From Selaginella moellendorffii (lineage: Eukaryota > Plantae > Lycopodiophyta): a stretch of DNA of 64,000 nucleotides. Positions within the stretch are counted from its first letter, which is position 1. Every line of letters begins with the position of its first letter. Made by a program: the position numbers and the translations under genes. The stretch lies in the NCBI RefSeq assembly GCF_000143415.4, contig NW_003314307.1, forward strand, positions 1,313,684 to 1,377,683. Direction: 5' to 3'. Positions 1 to 12,696 of the stretch are shown here, piece by piece. The notes below the pieces were generated by a model. The model saw nothing but the letters and a program-made list of their open reading frames with translations. It was not told the DNA's origin and searched no databases.

Positions 1-1905
1 TCGGTTGATAAGCATGGTACAACACTCTTTTTTCGTTCCTGGTGGCTGTTGTTTCAGCAAACTTGCTCTGACTCCACGGTTTGCTCCCAGGATATTTGCC
101 GACTCAGCTCTACGATCTTAACTCGTCGAGCTACGGGAATGAGGCCCAGCTGAGGGAATGCATCGACGTCTTGCATTCGCATAACCTGTGCTGCATCGCC
201 GACATCGTGATCAACCATCGAAGTGGCTGGAAGCAAGACTCAACTGGACACTGGAACCTTTACGAGGGTGGAACCAAGGACAAGAGGCTTGACTGGGGAC
301 CGTGGGCTTTGGTCAGCAACGACATCTATGACAGTGGTGGGAAGGGGTCCAAGGATAGTGGTGAGAGCTATGGAGCGGCTCCGGACCTGGACCATTCCAA
401 CAAGCAAGTGCAAGACGAGCTCACAGACTGGATGAACTGGATGAAGGCAGAGATTGGATTCGATGGTTGGCGCTTCGATTTCGTCAAGGGCTACTCACCG
501 GCCTACACCAAGATGTAAGCAACAACACGTTACACATCCAACCAACATCACGTAAGAACAAACTTTGCTTTCTTTTTTCTCCTGAAACTCTCAACGAGCA
601 TGTTCATATAGATACTGCGAGAGGACACATCCAAGCTTCTCGGTGGGCGAGTACTGGACTTCGTTGAACTACGAAAACGGCAGGGCGGCTGCAAACCAAA
701 GTAAGCGCGCATTTGTTTCTCTTAGGAGAATTGACTCTCTTGGTCGTCACAGATACCCACAGGCAACAGCTTTGCGATTGGATTGATGGTACTGGAGGAC
801 TTTCCTGTGTGTTCGACTTCACCACCAAAGGAGTTCTTCAAGATGCCGTGAAGAACGAGTACTGGCGACTGCGGGACGGAGAGGGAAAGCCTCCCGGTCT
901 TATTGGTAACGTTACTTATCTATGTTTCGTCCCGGAAACAAGATGCTTTTGTGTGTCTTGAGCAGGGTGGTATCCAACAAAAGCTGTAACTTTTGTCGAC
1001 AATCACGACACGGGATCTACTCAGAGACACTGGAATTTTCCCGATGACAAAGTTCTCTTGGGCTACGTATACATCATCACGCATCCGGGCATACCATGCA
1101 TTGTAAGTCTGCGAGCCTCCTGAGAGCTTTTAATCGATCCTCTTGCAGTTCTGGGACCATTTCTTCGACTGGGGGATGAAGGACAAGATCTCACAACTGA
1201 TGGAGCTGAGACGAAACAACGGCATACACTCAGACAGCAAGATCACGATTCTTGCAGCAGACTTCGACATGTACGTTGCCTGTGTCGACGAAAGGCTCAT
1301 CATCAAGCTCGGAAACAGGTAACCAAGTAGTAGTCATTCTTTTGGAGGATCAAAGTTTATACAAAGCCACGCGCAGGTTTGACATGGGCACGCTCGTCCC
1401 AAATCCCACAGCGTGGAAGATCATCATGACCGGACCAGAGTTCGCCATCTGGGAAAACATGAAAGAGCATGCCATCCTTCCACAGCCAAAGCTCACGTCC
1501 GATATTGTCATCAACGCGGCTGGTGGCAGTGCAGCAGATGCCACCAAGACAGACGTGGAGATCAAAATCACTACCGACATGTCGTGTGGAACCGTGGGCC
1601 GGATAATGCAGGAGGTGCCCGGCCTCGTCTCAAACGCAAAAGACTTGAGCGACACCTTGAAGAGCTGCAAGCTCCCGCCTCCCAGCGGGATTGACAACGG
1701 CAAGAACAAGGACAAGGACAAGGACAAGAGCAAGCCAGCAGCACCGAAGCATAAAGTGGAGATCCATGACGAAGACAATGAGGACGATGAAGATGATGAA
1801 GACGACGATGACGATGATGAAGACGATGATGAAGATGAAGATGACAATGAGAATGACGACGACGACAAAGACGAGCGTGAGAATGTTAAAAACAAGAAGA
1901 AATGA
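1..1905 (+). CDS. Alpha-amylase (GH13, plant AMY type), 5'-truncated by the window, with an Asp-rich C-terminal extension; exons ~1-16, 91-514, 612-700, 753-905, 966-1102, 1149-1318, 1377-1905
   Basis: GH13 motifs [50 protein letters not shown] and [12 protein letters not shown] are joined in frame by short GT-AG introns. Confidence 0.93.
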
Positions 1906-2205
1906 AACTCACCATTTCCCATCACCATTGTTGGATGATATAAATCTTCTCGTGCTTGCAAAGCTCCCAAGAGAATAGCTCCCCCTGAAAGCCACAAAAG
2001 TCTCTGGTTAAAACACGTAACCAAAAAAAACGCAAGTAAATAAAAAAAAGGTGAGCTTTATAAGTGATTGGTAAGTAGAGAGACAAATGCGTCTCACAAG
2101 CAGTTCCCAGCCTATGGCATCCTGCCAGCCTTCAAGAAAAAAAGAAGCCCACCGTGAAAAGAAAAAAGAAAAAACGAAGCAAACTTTAGAAGCGTCGAGT
2201 ATGAA

Positions 2206-5184
2206 TCATAAGACAGAGTACTTCCCAGGTTGGACAGCCGGTTGCAACACCATGTTGGACGTAGACTCCTCCAGGATGCGCTTGATCTCCCCCTTGGCCT
2301 TCTTAACCGAGGTCTCGGATCCACCTTCGATGAAGAGATAGAGCTTGCGCTCGCCGGGGCCTGGGATCTTCCCCGGTGGAAAGAACTGCCCGCGAGTCGT
2401 GATCGCGGCTCCAGTCCACTCGCTAATCTGTCCCAGCGCATCCTTGTGCGTGACTTTCCAGCGAGCGTGCTGGGGAAAGTCGTTGATCTCCAGCTCCGCC
2501 TCGTACCGCTCCTGGAGCGACTCGGCCGTGATCTTCTGGATGTTGTGCTGCAAGTTCTTCACCACCTGGATCGCCTTGTCGCGGAAGTCCGACGGCTGGC
2601 CGGGGACTATCCCCGGGATGGTGATGCTCGGCAGGACCGGGATGGCGGCGACGGAGGTTCCAGCGGCTTGAGAGTTCACGGCCTTGGCTGCGTTTGTGAA
2701 GGCCAGCATCATGTCCACTCCTGTCTTCCGGATCTCGTTGTCGTCGTCCGTCTCGCCAGGCTCCTCCTCTTCCTCGTAGCCATACTCCTTGGCCTGGGCT
2801 TTCTTCGCGGCCCTGAGAGCTTCGTCCTCCTCCTCGTTGAACTTGAAGCCGCTGCCACCATAGCCACTGCCGTGAGCCTTCTCACTCCCCTGGTTCACCT
2901 TTGCGATGAAACCATCAGCCAGGCTCTTCAAGTCCTCGGGGATGGGCTGCTCCGAGAGCTCCAGCGCCTTGGCAAGGTCGGGAGCGTATCTGTCCTCGTC
3001 GGGGGCGATGAAAGTCACGGCACATCCCTTCCGGCCCGCCCGTCCAGTGCGTCCCACGCGGTGGACGTAGTCCTCGTAGTGATTGGGAACGTCATAGTTG
3101 ACGACCAGCTCCAGCTCCTTCACGTCCAAACCTCTCGCTGCGACGCTCGTCGCCACCAAAAGGTTGCAAACGTTGGACTTAAAGTCGGACAGCGTCGACT
3201 CCCGGTCGGTCTGGTCCTTGGCACCGTGGAGAGACAAGCACGGATACCCGGCCTTGAGAAGGTCCCTGAAGAGGCTGTCGCATTTCTCCTGCGAGTGGAC
3301 GAACACCAGCACCTTTCCTTTCTCGTACCACTCGCCGAGGAGCTCGAGCAGCCGCAGGAAACGATCCTCCTCCGGACGGACCTCCACCGTCTGAGTTATG
3401 TCCTTGTTCACCACACTGCGTCCTCCAACTTGGATCTCCACCGGCTTGTCCAAGACTTTACGAGCCAGGAGCTCAACCTGGCGTGGAAACGTCGCGGAGA
3501 AGAGCACCGTCTGCCGGTCCGGCCTCGTGTTCTGGACGATCCTGGTTATCTGCGGCTCAAAGCCCATGTCAAACATGCGGTCGGCCTCGTCCATCACCAA
3601 GTATGTCACCCGTCTCAAGTTTGTGATCTTCCCGGAGCTGGTGCACAGTATATCGATCATTCTTCCCGGTGTGCACACTACTATCTCGGCACCACGCTTG
3701 AGCTCGCTAATCTGCTGGGCGACTCCAGAGCCGCCATAGACAGGGACACAGGTAAGCCCAATAACTCTGGTGAATTTCTTTATGTCACTGTATATCTGTT
3801 GCACAAGCTCCCTCGTCGGAGCCATGATGAGACCGATGGGACCGTCCCCCTGAGCAAGCGGCGGCTGGTCTTTGATGTGTCTCAGCATCGGCAGAACGAA
3901 GGCGAGCGTCTTGCCGGAGCCTGTCTTTGCGATACCAATGCAGTCCCGGCCGTTCATGATGATCGGAAGTGCCTGTGCTTGGATCGGCATGGGCCGCTCG
4001 AAGCCCAGCTTCTTTATCACGTCCAGCATCTTGCTGCTCAGGCCGGTCTGGTTCCACGTCTTGATCGGCTTGGGGACGTCCTTCCCCTTGACTTTGAGCT
4101 CCAGCTCCTTGCGGTATGCCGTGACATCTTCCTTGCTCATCCTCTGGATCTCCTTCACCTCCTTGTAAAAGTCCTTGCGGAAGGAAGTGTAAGGAACCTT
4201 TGTGTGGTCGACCACCGCCAGCTTCTCGGCTTTGGTCTTCTTCACCCGCTTTATAAAGTCCTCGTCGTCTTCCTCGGCATCACTGTCGTCGTCATCCCCG
4301 GCTTCCACCTCGGACTCCGAGTCCCCTCGAGGTCCTCGATTCTTCTTCAAGATGCTTGGAGGCTGTGAGGCTTTAGATTCTTGAGCGGTAGCCCCAGCAC
4401 CAGCGACAGAAGGCGGCGCCGCTTGGAGCTTCTTCACCTCGGGAATGACCATGGTGTTCATGAAAGCATCCAGAGGATCCACCTCCTCCTCCTCTTCCTG
4501 GACAACTTCCATCGGAGCTTCCTCGACTCCTCCACCTTGCTTAGCTTGGCTCTCTTCAGCTCGAGCAGCCGCATCACCATTTCCAACCTCCTCGTCAGAC
4601 TCATCCCCTTCGAGCGTCCATGCCTTGCCATTTGCGACCTCGCCTTGCTCGTCTTGAGCTGCAATACCTTTGCTCTCCCTTTCTTCATCTTCCTTTTGCC
4701 GCCGTTGCTCTTGCCACTCCTGGACTCTCCGCCTCCGCTTCTCCATCTCCTCGTCCAATCTCTTCTGCTCGGCCTCCTTGTCGTCGCCGCCCTCCTCCTC
4801 CACACCCTTCCCTTCACCACTGCTATCGCCACCATCTTCCTTTCTCGCCCTCTTCGCTTCCCTCTCCCTCTCCTCGTCATCCTCCTCTTGCTTACTTCTC
4901 TCTCGCTTCTCACGGTCCCTGCTCCTCCTATCTCTCTCGCGCTCGCGATGCCTGTCTCTGTCCCGATCCCTTTCCCTGTCCCTGTCCCGCTCTCTTTCCC
5001 TGTGATGCTCCCTGTCCCTGTGGTGATGCCTCTCGCGATCGCGCTCTCGATCTCGATCCCTACTGCTGCGTACCTTGTCCTTGTGGCGGTCTCGATCCCG
5101 ATCGCGCTCGCGCTTCGAATCCTCGCCCCGCGATGACCGCTCGCCCTTGCGCTCTTCGCTCTTGCGATCCCTCTCCTTGCCCAT
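2206..5184 (-). CDS. RH42: DEAD-box RNA helicase Prp5/DDX46/RH42 orthologue, intronless, ~992 aa (start MGKERDRK)
   Basis: Arg/Asp/Glu-rich N-terminus, EEVDPLDAFM, AKTGSGKT, PTREL, DEAD, SAT, HRVGRTGRAG, and the C-terminal EINDFPQ..RWKVT...RG region typical of Prp5/DDX46. Confidence 0.95.
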   Translation of the reverse strand: MGKERDRKSEERKGERSSRGEDSKRERDRDRDRHKDKVRSSRDRDRERDRERHHHRDREHHRERERDRDRERDRDRDRHRERERDRRSRDREKRERSKQEEDDEEREREAKRARKEDGGDSSGEGKGVEEEGGDDKEAEQKRLDEEMEKRRRRVQEWQEQRRQKEDEERESKGIAAQDEQGEVANGKAWTLEGDESDEEVGNGDAAARAEESQAKQGGGVEEAPMEVVQEEEEEVDPLDAFMNTMVIPEVKKLQAAPPSVAGAGATAQESKASQPPSILKKNRGPRGDSESEVEAGDDDDSDAEEDDEDFIKRVKKTKAEKLAVVDHTKVPYTSFRKDFYKEVKEIQRMSKEDVTAYRKELELKVKGKDVPKPIKTWNQTGLSSKMLDVIKKLGFERPMPIQAQALPIIMNGRDCIGIAKTGSGKTLAFVLPMLRHIKDQPPLAQGDGPIGLIMAPTRELVQQIYSDIKKFTRVIGLTCVPVYGGSGVAQQISELKRGAEIVVCTPGRMIDILCTSSGKITNLRRVTYLVMDEADRMFDMGFEPQITRIVQNTRPDRQTVLFSATFPRQVELLARKVLDKPVEIQVGGRSVVNKDITQTVEVRPEEDRFLRLLELLGEWYEKGKVLVFVHSQEKCDSLFRDLLKAGYPCLSLHGAKDQTDRESTLSDFKSNVCNLLVATSVAARGLDVKELELVVNYDVPNHYEDYVHRVGRTGRAGRKGCAVTFIAPDEDRYAPDLAKALELSEQPIPEDLKSLADGFIAKVNQGSEKAHGSGYGGSGFKFNEEEDEALRAAKKAQAKEYGYEEEEEPGETDDDNEIRKTGVDMMLAFTNAAKAVNSQAAGTSVAAIPVLPSITIPGIVPGQPSDFRDKAIQVVKNLQHNIQKITAESLQERYEAELEINDFPQHARWKVTHKDALGQISEWTGAAITTRGQFFPPGKIPGPGERKLYLFIEGGSETSVKKAKGEIKRILEESTSNMVLQPAVQPGKYSVL

Positions 5185-5605
5185 GCTCCCCAGCCCTAGC
5201 AAATTAGGGCAAGAGAGAATATACCTAGATGTGAATCTACGGAGAATCGTCATAGAATATGCGTAAAACAAAGCCGTTGAGATGGACGGCATCGGGGTGA
5301 CTATGGCGCTTCTGTGTCCAGCGCATAGCTATGGCGCGGCGCAACGAGCCGGAGGCGTTCCATCGCCATCGCCGGATCCAATCCATCCTTGGGCCCTAGG
5401 TCTGTGATCACACCGTGAATATCTCCAAAGGTTGCGATTGATCGTTTTGGTTGCCATGTAGCGAGGATTTCGCCATGGGTGGAGGAGCAGATTGGAATCC
5501 ACTAGGAGCGGAGCTTTTCGGCTCGGATCAACCGATCTAGGGAGCTACAGTAGGATCAGCGCCAGGAGTTTGGAGGAAACAAAGGGTTTGGGATATTTGG
5601 TCGCG

Positions 5606-8352
5606 ATGGACAGTTCTTCCTCCTCGGCTCCATCCAGTCCAGCTAATGCCAATGCCGCCGCCGCGCAGCAGATCGATGATCAAGGCGTCAAGCCCGAGCG
5701 GATGTTGAAGGAATCAGCGTCGGATGTGTGCCGGGTGAAGCCGCCGGACGATCAGCCCAAGCTCCACTTGACGTACTCGGCTCCATCGCTCCTCATGCTC
5801 GAGCAAGCTTTGCCGCTGCGATCGGACGAAGCGTCCACTCCGACGCCGTCGTCGCGAGGAGACAATTCCTCCGGATCCGGTTAGTCTTCTCCTTTGCTTT
5901 TATTTTTTCCTTGCTTAGAACCTTTTGTGTTTGGTGGTGAGAAGATAGGGGATTGGGACGGTCAGTGACCATGCCCGCCACGAATGGCGAGGAAACGCGC
6001 GATCATACCTCCAATGGAAGGTTGCTGCGATCAGCCACGGAGAAAGCGAGCTTGCAAAGACACGAGGAAGAAAATATACGAAGAAAGGTCGCGGATAAGT
6101 TGTCCGACAGAAGAAAGGTAAACATTCCTTCAACATAAATTCCTTGGACTGACTACCTTCTTCTTTTGGTCTCCAGAAAAAGATGTTGCAACGCTTGGCT
6201 ACAGTCAAGACGGATGGAACTGTCGAGTTTGATGTGGCTGGAAGTGCTCGCATCATGCCCGAGCTCATTGCGCCCGAACTAAGCGATTCCCTTCGTATTT
6301 ACGACGAGGAGTGGGACGAGAGGAAGTTCAAAGTGCAGCCATTGCAGATTGTAATGCTCATCGTTGGTACACGAGGGGATGTTCAACCATTTATTGCGAT
6401 CGGAAAGCATCTACAGGTGTTTTCCTCGTTTATTCTTCTGAAGTGAAAATCTCACTCATGCTTGTGATTACTTACGCAGGAATACGGCCACCGTGTACGC
6501 CTCGCTACACACGCCAACTTTCGGGAGTTTGTGTTAACTGCTGGGCTGGAGTTCTATCCTTTAGGCGGGGATCCGAAAATTCTAGCTGGATGTACGTGTC
6601 AACTGGTAGCAGTTTGAGCTTATTGTTTGATGCCTCATTCACTGACAGGTCGCGCTCATTACAGACATGGTGAAAAACAAAGGGTTTCTTCCTTCCAATC
6701 CATCCGAGATACCTATTCAAAGAAAGCAGATCAAAGCTATCATAAACTCGTTGCTTCCTGCCTGTATTGAGGCTGATGGACCAGTTCCTTTCAGAGCTCA
6801 GGCGATGATTGCAAATCCTCCCGCGTATGGTAAGTTTCTCTCGGCTTTTTGATCTCGTTTACAATGCCGACAGTTCTGCAGGTCATGTTCATGTGGCTGA
6901 GTACTTGAGAGTCCCACTTCACATTTTCTTTACAATGCCTTGGACGTAAGAAAAAACCTGACGTTCTTTCTTCTACTACCACTAACATGTCCCGTGGCCG
7001 CTATTGCAGGCCAACCAGTGAGTTTCCTCATCCGTTGGCACGCATCAAGAATCCGGCTGGTTACCGGGTGAGTGGCGAATTATACTATGGCGAAACACTT
7101 ATGTGAGTTTTGAAATAATGGCAGATGTCTTATCAAGTTGTGGACTCCCTCATATGGTGGGGAATTCGGAGCATGATAAACGACTTCCGGAAGAAGAAAC
7201 TTAAGCTCCGTCCAATTACCTACTTGAGCGGTTCAATAGGATCAATATCGGACTTACCTACGGGTTACATATGGAGTCCACATCTGGTCCCCAAGCCCAG
7301 AGGTATTGCGTATCGTCTTTTTCCGTGTCACATTGATTTAAGTTTCCACTTGTTTGCAGACTGGGGCCAGCGTGTCGACGTGGTTGGCTTCTGTTTTCTG
7401 GATCTTGCCAGAGATTATGAGCCCCATGCGGAACTCTCCAAGTGGCTGCAAGCAGGAGCAAAGCCAATTTACGTTGGTTTTGGAAGCCTTGTAAGTCTTA
7501 AATCCTTCTTCATTGCATACGAGTGTTGTTTTGACGCCGAGTTTTGGGAAGCCTGTTCAAGATCCCAAGGGGATGACGTCGATCATAGTAAAAGCTCTTG
7601 AAGAAACTGGCCAACGCGGCATAATCTCCAGGGGTTGGGGAGGGCTGGGTGACAGTAAGTAATGCGTTTTTAAAACGTTATCAAACCTGGACTCCGTTTT
7701 GCAGTAAAAGATCCACCAGATTTTATCTATTTACTGGATAACTGTCCTCACGACTGGCTTTTTCCACAATGCGCTGGAGTGGTATGTTTGTCATGACAAC
7801 TTTCTTTTGCAATTCATCCAACCCTCTCTTTATATGTCGTAGGTTCATCATGGAGGCGCGGGAACAACAGCTGCCGGTCTCAAAGCTGCGGTATAAGCAA
7901 GAGCAAGAGCAGAGGTTTTTTTGACTTAACCAGGATGAGTTTGCGTGCTTGGCAGTGCCCGACGACTGTAGTTCCCATTTTCGGGGATCAGCCATTCTGG
8001 GGAGAGCAAGTCCATGCTAAAGGAGTCGGCCCAGCTCCAATTCCAGTGAATCAATTCACGCTGGAGAAGCTCGTTGCTGCCATTCGTTTCATGCTGGAGC
8101 CGGAGGTAAGATTGGTCACGTTTTCCTAGCATAGATCGATAGTTTCTCATTCTTTGGCTTGGGAAAAAGGTGAAAGAGCGAGCGATTCAACTGGCCAAGC
8201 ATATGGACGGGGAGGACGGCGTGAAAGAAGCGGTGAACGCGTTCCACAGGCACTTGCCAAAGGATATGCCGGATCAGGCTCCAGACATCCCATCGGATTC
8301 GAGCTTCCTTTCCAGCCTCGTGGAGAAGCTACGGAGAATATTTTGTTGTTAG
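5606..8352 (+). CDS. Sterol 3-beta-glucosyltransferase (UGT80A2/B1 family), multi-exon
   Basis: Exon peptides LQIVMLIVGTRGDVQPFIAIG, MVKNKGFLPS, IANPPAYG, TGYIWSPHLVPKP, PIYVGFGSL, HHGGAGTTAAGL and PFFGDQPFWG-like (PIFGDQPFWG), separated by short GT-AG introns. Confidence 0.93.
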
Positions 8353-8987
8353 ATTCAGTCTGTAAACACGATTTTTATAAAGGGCCTAATACTTACACTT
8401 CTATTTCTATACTGATTGGGATAGAAAAATCATAATTAATAAATTAGTGTATATTATATGTTATTAAGATTTATTATGAGCATCTATAAAATCTACAAGA
8501 GTAATAGTAATCACAAAATGTTTTGAAAGAGAATAAGTTTATAAATATATAAATAAATTTTTATGTATTTTATTTATGAATAAATGAAAAAAAAAATGTT
8601 AATAAGTTTAATTTCTTTAGGAAAAAAATAAATATCATCACTCAACTTCAAGTAGTTAATATTCTTAGATATTATTATTGTCTTTGTCTGAGATTATTGC
8701 TGCAATTTGATTATTTTACAATAAGTTAAATATCTGATAAAAAAGGTATTAAGTCTCTATAAACTATTTACATTTACATTACTAATAATATCTTATATCA
8801 AAGTTGTTATAAGTTAAAATTTAACATTATGAGTACATAAAATATAGAAATGAAACAATATGCATATCAATTATCCAAAAAACCTTAACTGAGTGAGTGG
8901 TCCGAATTAAAACCAATTCAATGGCTACCAAAATTCTACTAAGCTAATATTAGTATACAGTATTGTAGCTATATACTTAGACTTCAC

Positions 8988-9636
8988 TGTAAGCAACCAA
9001 AGGGAACGACTCGAGAGACGATCCATAAGGTTCAAATATAGAGGGAAAGGGCCCATGAATAAGAGTGCACCCCCTTTTCCAATCAGTTAAGGGTTTTGGG
9101 ATAATTGGGATTAAATGTCCTTGGGTTTGAATAATACTAGGTTGGGTGACCTCCCGGGAAGTCCAAACTCAGGAACTTACATTTGGTATCAGAGCGGTCT
9201 CGGGTCCGACTTTGTTGGTTGGCTAAGGAAATCACACCACAAGTTGATTGACATCTGGCTGATCCAGTTTGCTCCCATTGGGCCTACCCCTTGGACAAGT
9301 TGATTGACATCTAGCTAGTCCAATTTGCTCCTGCTGGGCTCGACTCGAGGGATAGGGTGTCAAGAGAGTGGGGCTCTCAGGAGAGTTGCGGCTCTCAGCT
9401 TCCGTTCACGAGGGTGTGACCTTGCAGGGAAGCGTGATGGATTGTAAGCAACTAAAGGGAACAACTCGAGAGACAATTCATGGGGTTTAAATATAGAGGG
9501 AAAGGGCTTATTAACAAGAGTGCACCCCCTTTTTCAATTGGTTAAGGGTCTTGGGATAATTGGGGTTAAGTGTCTTTGGGTTTAAATAGTACTGGGTTGG
9601 GTGACCTCCTGGGAAGTCCAAACTCAGGAGCTTATA
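8988..9636 (+). mobile_element. Cassandra-like TRIM with 5S rRNA-derived LTRs (LTRs 8988-9181 and 9443-9636)
   Basis: Two 194-bp direct repeats TGTAAGC...CTTACA/CTTATA; Met-tRNA PBS TGGTATCAGAGC at ~9184; short non-coding interior; near-TSD TTCAC/CTCAC. The LTRs contain TAATACTAGGTTGGGTGACCTCCCGGGAAGTCC, matching the 5S rRNA internal promoter region. Confidence 0.85.
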
Positions 9637-10379
9637 CTCACATCCTCTTGAAAAGTCATTAGGGTTCTTTGATTGATGAGCCAAGATATGGAGTAATATC
9701 AAAAGGAGGCACTGATGGATTTGTAGGTGGTGTTAGTTATTTTTTATCCCTTTATACAAAACACTTAAATTGCATATGTATAATTTTTGGAGGATCAACT
9801 TGTTAAATATCATACCAAACTTTATAACTTGTGATCTAGCTTGCTATAACACTGGAAATGGTCCCTTCCACTGAGCAAGGAGCCCTTTAAACAAACTGTC
9901 AAGACCCCCAACAAGATCAGGACTGGAAAATGCAGAAGACGAAAAGAAAAGCTAGTGAAAACGAAGAAAAGGCCTTAGACTAGTGTTGATTCAGATTGTG
10001 AAGAAATGAAACAAGACTAACCTATATATATACTATACATTGATGAAGCTCCACCACTCTTGGATCGAGGACGGCCTAAATATAGCTAAGGTCGAGGAGG
10101 CACCACGTCATCATCAGGAATGTGGTTCAAGAATCAGGAATCATACAAGAAATCAGAGAGTTAGGAATAAGGAAGTGTCTTGAGAGTCAAGAATGTGGTC
10201 TGTGGGTTAGGAATCTGGCGAGAGTCAGGAATGTGGCAAGAATTGAGGGATTCCTGACAGCACCCCCTCCTCAAGAACGAGTGGAATGAGGATGTGAATG
10301 AGAATGAAGAGGAGGATGAGATGGCCGTCGAGGGACGGGAGATGGAGAAGGAAAAGAATGAGGACTGGGACAAGAAGGA

Positions 10380-12290
10380 TAGCGGCAGTGGAAGTCCTGA
10401 ACAAGGTCAGAAGAATGAATTAGGTTGTCTGCAGGTTCCAAAGTGCGTTCCTCAAGTCCTGATAATAGTTGATGAAGCACCTTAGGAATTGTTCCAACAT
10501 CTGAATCATTCGCTCGGACTGTCCATCAGTTTGAGGGTGATACGCCGAAGAGAGGTTGGCCTTCAATCCAAGCAGTTGCAAGAACCATTGCCAGAAATGA
10601 GAGATGAATTGAGGTCCCCGATCTGAAACCACATTTGCAGGAATCCCATGAAGTCGGAAAATTTCCCTGAATACCAGTTTTGCCATGTCCTCGCCCGAAA
10701 ACTCCTTGGTACACGGCAAAAAGTGCGCCATATTTGTGAAGCGATCCACCATGACTAAATTGCTATTGAAACCTCTAGAACTCGAAAGATCACTCACGAA
10801 ATCCATGGAGATGGATTCCCAAAGACCTGAAGGGACCAGGAGAGAATGAAGCAAACCTGAAGGAAGGTGGCGAGGCACCTTATTCTGGGCGCAAGTGTCA
10901 CAGGAGGTAACAAAAGCTTTGATGTAGTCGTCCATGTGAGGCCACCAAAAGTCCCGTGCAACCAGCTCATAGGTTTTTGCAATGCTGAAGTGACCAGCAG
11001 TCGGGTTATCATGGCACACCATCAGGACCAACCTTCGAGCATCACCTTAAGGAATGTAAAGCTGCTCCCCATGTTTGTAGTCTAGTCTATTAGATAGTAG
11101 AGTTTAAATCGTGAGATTTTTGAATCAAGGATGTCCTAAACTTTGTACTCAAACCCATCCTCGAGCTGCACTGGTGGAGGCAGAGGAATGACCCGATTTT
11201 GGAATAAGACTGGGAATATAAGGCTCAAGAGAGAGGAGTGAAAAATGGGGTGAATTTGATATAAAGAGTGAAGTGCAAGATGATAAGTGATAGGATTAAT
11301 GATGGTAGTGATAGGAAAGGACTAAGGTGTTTGAAATCAAGTTTGGGACATGGCCTGGTGGTGGAGATATTTCGTTTGAGAAGCCAGACTTTATCCTTGA
11401 TATTGTAAGGGGGACAATCCTGACGATGGACATTGGCGAATGTTTTGTGAGATTCCTAAGCATGATGGAGGTGGAAGGAGATGGAGTTGTGGATTTCCTG
11501 GAAGTTGGAGACAAATGCCTTAGAGTGGAGATTTGAACCAGAGGATTTGGATGGAGAAGGAAGTGAGAGATTGAATCAGGGATTTGGGCCAGAGTTTGCA
11601 AAGAAGGGGGAAACTCGAAGGGAGAAATGAATGGAGTTGTTATAGGAAAACTCAGCAAATGGAAGGATATCGAACCAGTTATCCTGATAATAGTTGATGA
11701 AGCACCTTAGGAATTGTTCCAACGTCTAAATCGTTCGCTCGGACTGTCCATCAGTTTGAGGGTGATACGCCGAAGAGAGGTTGGCCTTCACTCCAAGCAG
11801 TTGCAAGAACCATTGCCAGAAATGAGAGATGAATTGAGGTCCCCGATCTGAAACCACATTTGCAGGAATCCCATGAAGTCGGAAAATTTCCCTGAATACC
11901 AATTTTGCCATGTCCTCACCCGAAAACTCCTTGGTACACGGCAGGAAGTGTGCCATATTTGTGAAGCGATCCACCATGACTAAATTGCTATTGAAACCTC
12001 TAGAACTCGAAAGATCACTCACGAAATCCATGGAGATGGATTCCCAAGGACCTGAAGGGACCAGGAGAGAATGAAGCAAACCTGAAGGAAGGTGGCGAGG
12101 CACCTTATTCTGGGCGCAAGTGTCACAGGAGGTAACAAAAGCTTTGATGTAGTCGTCCATGTGAGGCCACCAAAAGTCCCAACCAGCTCATAGGTTTTTG
12201 CAATGCTGAAGTGACCAGCAATTGAGTTATCATGGCACACCATCAGGACCAACCTTTGAGCATCACCTTAAGTAATGTAAAGCTACTCCC
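10380..12290 (-). pseudogene. Integrase of element A (two near-identical core copies) plus a split chromodomain
   Basis: H..P.AGH, CDTC, ISMDF, VSDRGPQF and AYHPQTDGQSER occur at both 10455-11085 and 11680-12290. Chromodomain halves lie at ~11090-11200 and ~10380-10455. Confidence 0.88.
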
Positions 12291-12696
12291 CATAGTACAA
12301 TAAGCCATCTAAGAACTCAAACTCGTCAAATCTCCAGTAGTCGGGAGTCATTGGGTGTCCAGCCTGAAGATGGGGGAAAATATCACTGGCAAGGTCGTTG
12401 GATTGAAAATCATTTCTGATTGTGTCCATCAAGAAGGAGTCCTGAGGGGCCAGGGAAATTGCTATAACTTGAAGCCGATCAGGACTGAGGATAACTTAAT
12501 CCTGTTGATAAAAGGCAGGATTATCAAGCTTGAGATTGAGATAGGAGCGCCTTGAAAGAGCATCAGGAAGGCCCTGAAGCTTTCCAGGTCTGTACTTGAT
12601 AACAAAGTCAAACTGACTCAAGAATTGTGCCCACCTTGCCTGACGACGGCTCAAAACTCGGGAAGTGGCAAAGTACTTGAGATTTTTGTGATCCGT

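Noticed and set aside
2230-4368. 712-aa ORF on the + strand
   Set aside because: It is an antisense shadow of the GC3-rich DEAD-box helicase CDS and has no recognisable motifs.
9100-9170. 5S rRNA gene
   Set aside because: Only a partial, diverged internal segment embedded in LTRs; it belongs to a TRIM.
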